Below are positions 31,901-32,000 of a stretch of 32,000 bases of DNA, in pieces. The DNA is taken from contig NC_007614.1 of assembly GCF_000196355.1 (NCBI RefSeq), forward strand, positions 2,070,001 to 2,102,000, written 5' to 3'. A program made the translations under genes and the position numbers. The first letter of the stretch is position 1; the number at the start of each line of letters is the position of its first letter. The stretch is from Nitrosospira multiformis ATCC 25196. Its GTDB lineage: Bacteria > Pseudomonadota > Gammaproteobacteria > Burkholderiales > Nitrosomonadaceae. A model generated the notes under the pieces. It was not told the origin of the DNA, ran no database searches, and saw only the letters and a program-made list of their open reading frames with translations.

Positions 31901-32000
31901 CCCGTTTTTTGCGGAACAATGGGAAGAAGAGAAAAATCGAATCCCCGTTTTTTCAGGGCATTCAGGAATTCTTTCTGTTTCTCGGGAGCAAGGGCTGCGA
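19921..32000 (-). CDS. Non-ribosomal peptide synthetase, C-A-T-E-C-A-T-C-A-T-TE, N-terminus beyond the window's right edge
   Basis: 3975-aa track ORF (19921-31848). The same frame stays open to base 32000: ...[63 protein letters not shown]. The track 'M' at 31848 is an internal TTG. Three TSGSTG and three LGGDS motifs, HHxxxDG motifs and GWSLGG thioesterase. Confidence 0.97.
   Translation of the reverse strand, partial: [4025 protein letters not shown]
19930..20850 (-). other. NRPS domain TE (type I thioesterase, product release)
   Basis: [52 protein letters not shown]. Boundaries approximate. Confidence 0.92.
20890..21100 (-). other. NRPS domain T3
   Basis: [24 protein letters not shown]. 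Boundaries approximate. Confidence 0.9.
21130..22660 (-). other. NRPS domain A3 (signature read as D-G-E-A-V-G-G-V-T)
   Basis: [65 protein letters not shown]. Same family of signature as A1. Boundaries approximate. Confidence 0.8.
22750..24020 (-). other. NRPS domain C3 (DCL-like or possibly dual E/C-like)
   Basis: [45 protein letters not shown]. Boundaries approximate. Confidence 0.8.
24130..24330 (-). other. NRPS domain T2
   Basis: [29 protein letters not shown]. Boundaries approximate. Confidence 0.9.
24338..24838 (-). repeat. Near-identical DNA block (copy in A2), partner of 28943-29443
   Basis: By-eye alignment at constant offset of 4605 shows only scattered mismatches across about 500 bp (e.g. 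CTCTCCAACACCACAATCATTGAGG vs CTCTCCAGCACCACAATCATCGAGG). Confidence 0.85.
24350..25975 (-). other. NRPS domain A2 (predicted serine, code DVWHISLID(K))
   Basis: [50 protein letters not shown] give D-V-W-H-I-S-L-I-D, the classical Ser code, by manual alignment to GrsA. Confidence 0.85.
25401..25976 (-). repeat. Near-identical DNA block (copy in A2), partner of 30012-30587
   Basis: Constant offset of 4611; begins CCTTTGGTTTACCTGTGGAGCCTGAGG and ends in the C-A linker at GGCTGC/GGCTTC...GATGTCGATGTCGCCAAGG. Only scattered mismatches. Confidence 0.85.
25990..27270 (-). other. NRPS domain C2 (DCL-like condensation)
   Basis: [38 protein letters not shown]. Boundaries approximate. Confidence 0.88.
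27370..28645 (-). other. NRPS domain E1 (epimerization)
   Basis: [65 protein letters not shown]. Boundaries approximate. Confidence 0.93.
28740..28940 (-). other. NRPS domain T1
   Basis: [25 protein letters not shown]. Boundaries approximate. Confidence 0.9.
28943..29443 (-). repeat. Near-identical DNA block (copy in A1), partner of 24338-24838
   Basis: As above; encodes the A8-A10 region and the start of the A-T linker. Confidence 0.85.
28960..30590 (-). other. NRPS domain A1 (signature read as D-G-E-C-T-G-G-I-T)
   Basis: [71 protein letters not shown]. Code derived by manual alignment to GrsA. Boundaries approximate. Confidence 0.8.
30012..30587 (-). repeat. Near-identical DNA block (copy in A1), partner of 25401-25976
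   Basis: As above; encodes the A-domain N-terminus through A3 ([10 protein letters not shown]). Confidence 0.85.
30640..32000 (-). other. NRPS domain C1 (LCL-like condensation)
   Basis: [28 protein letters not shown] (catalytic motif with G to A change); [12 protein letters not shown]. Boundaries approximate. Confidence 0.85.

Overview
This window looks like beta-proteobacterial (Nitrosomonadaceae-like) chromosome; that lineage is an inference from gene content and protein style. The left third is core genome: tilS (partial), accA, a YbiT-type ABC-F ATPase, ampD, a small PP0621-like protein, tRNA-Pro(CGG), ispB, and rplU-rpmA-obgE with a good sigma70-type promoter and a terminator after rpmA. 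Directly after obgE lies a compact, translationally coupled module at 8021-9986: a 71-aa Gly/Ala-rich small ORF, a 171-aa membrane protein, an HTTM/SdpB-like membrane protein and a DCC (DUF393) protein. It is a candidate small-peptide (SDP/RiPP-like) system. The right two thirds are a peptide/hydroxamate siderophore locus: PepSY membrane protein, SyrD/PvdE-type peptide exporter, AlcB/IucB-type acyltransferase, ornithine/lysine N-monooxygenase, TonB-dependent receptor, HSL-family hydrolase, and a giant NRPS (C-A-T-E-C-A-T-C-A-T-TE) running off the right edge. The best second-look items are: (1) the small-ORF/HTTM/DCC module; (2) modules 1 and 2 of the NRPS, whose A domains have near-identical DNA flanks around completely different specificity cores; (3) an apparent mismatch between module 2 (GGDS-type T domain, no E domain) and the following DCL/dual-like C domain; (4) a pair of 26-nt Fur-like motifs (21/26 identical) in opposite orientation, flanking an iteron-like degenerate repeat in the divergent promoter region; (5) a decayed papain-like (QTQSNxCWAA) cysteine protease remnant next to the NRPS.
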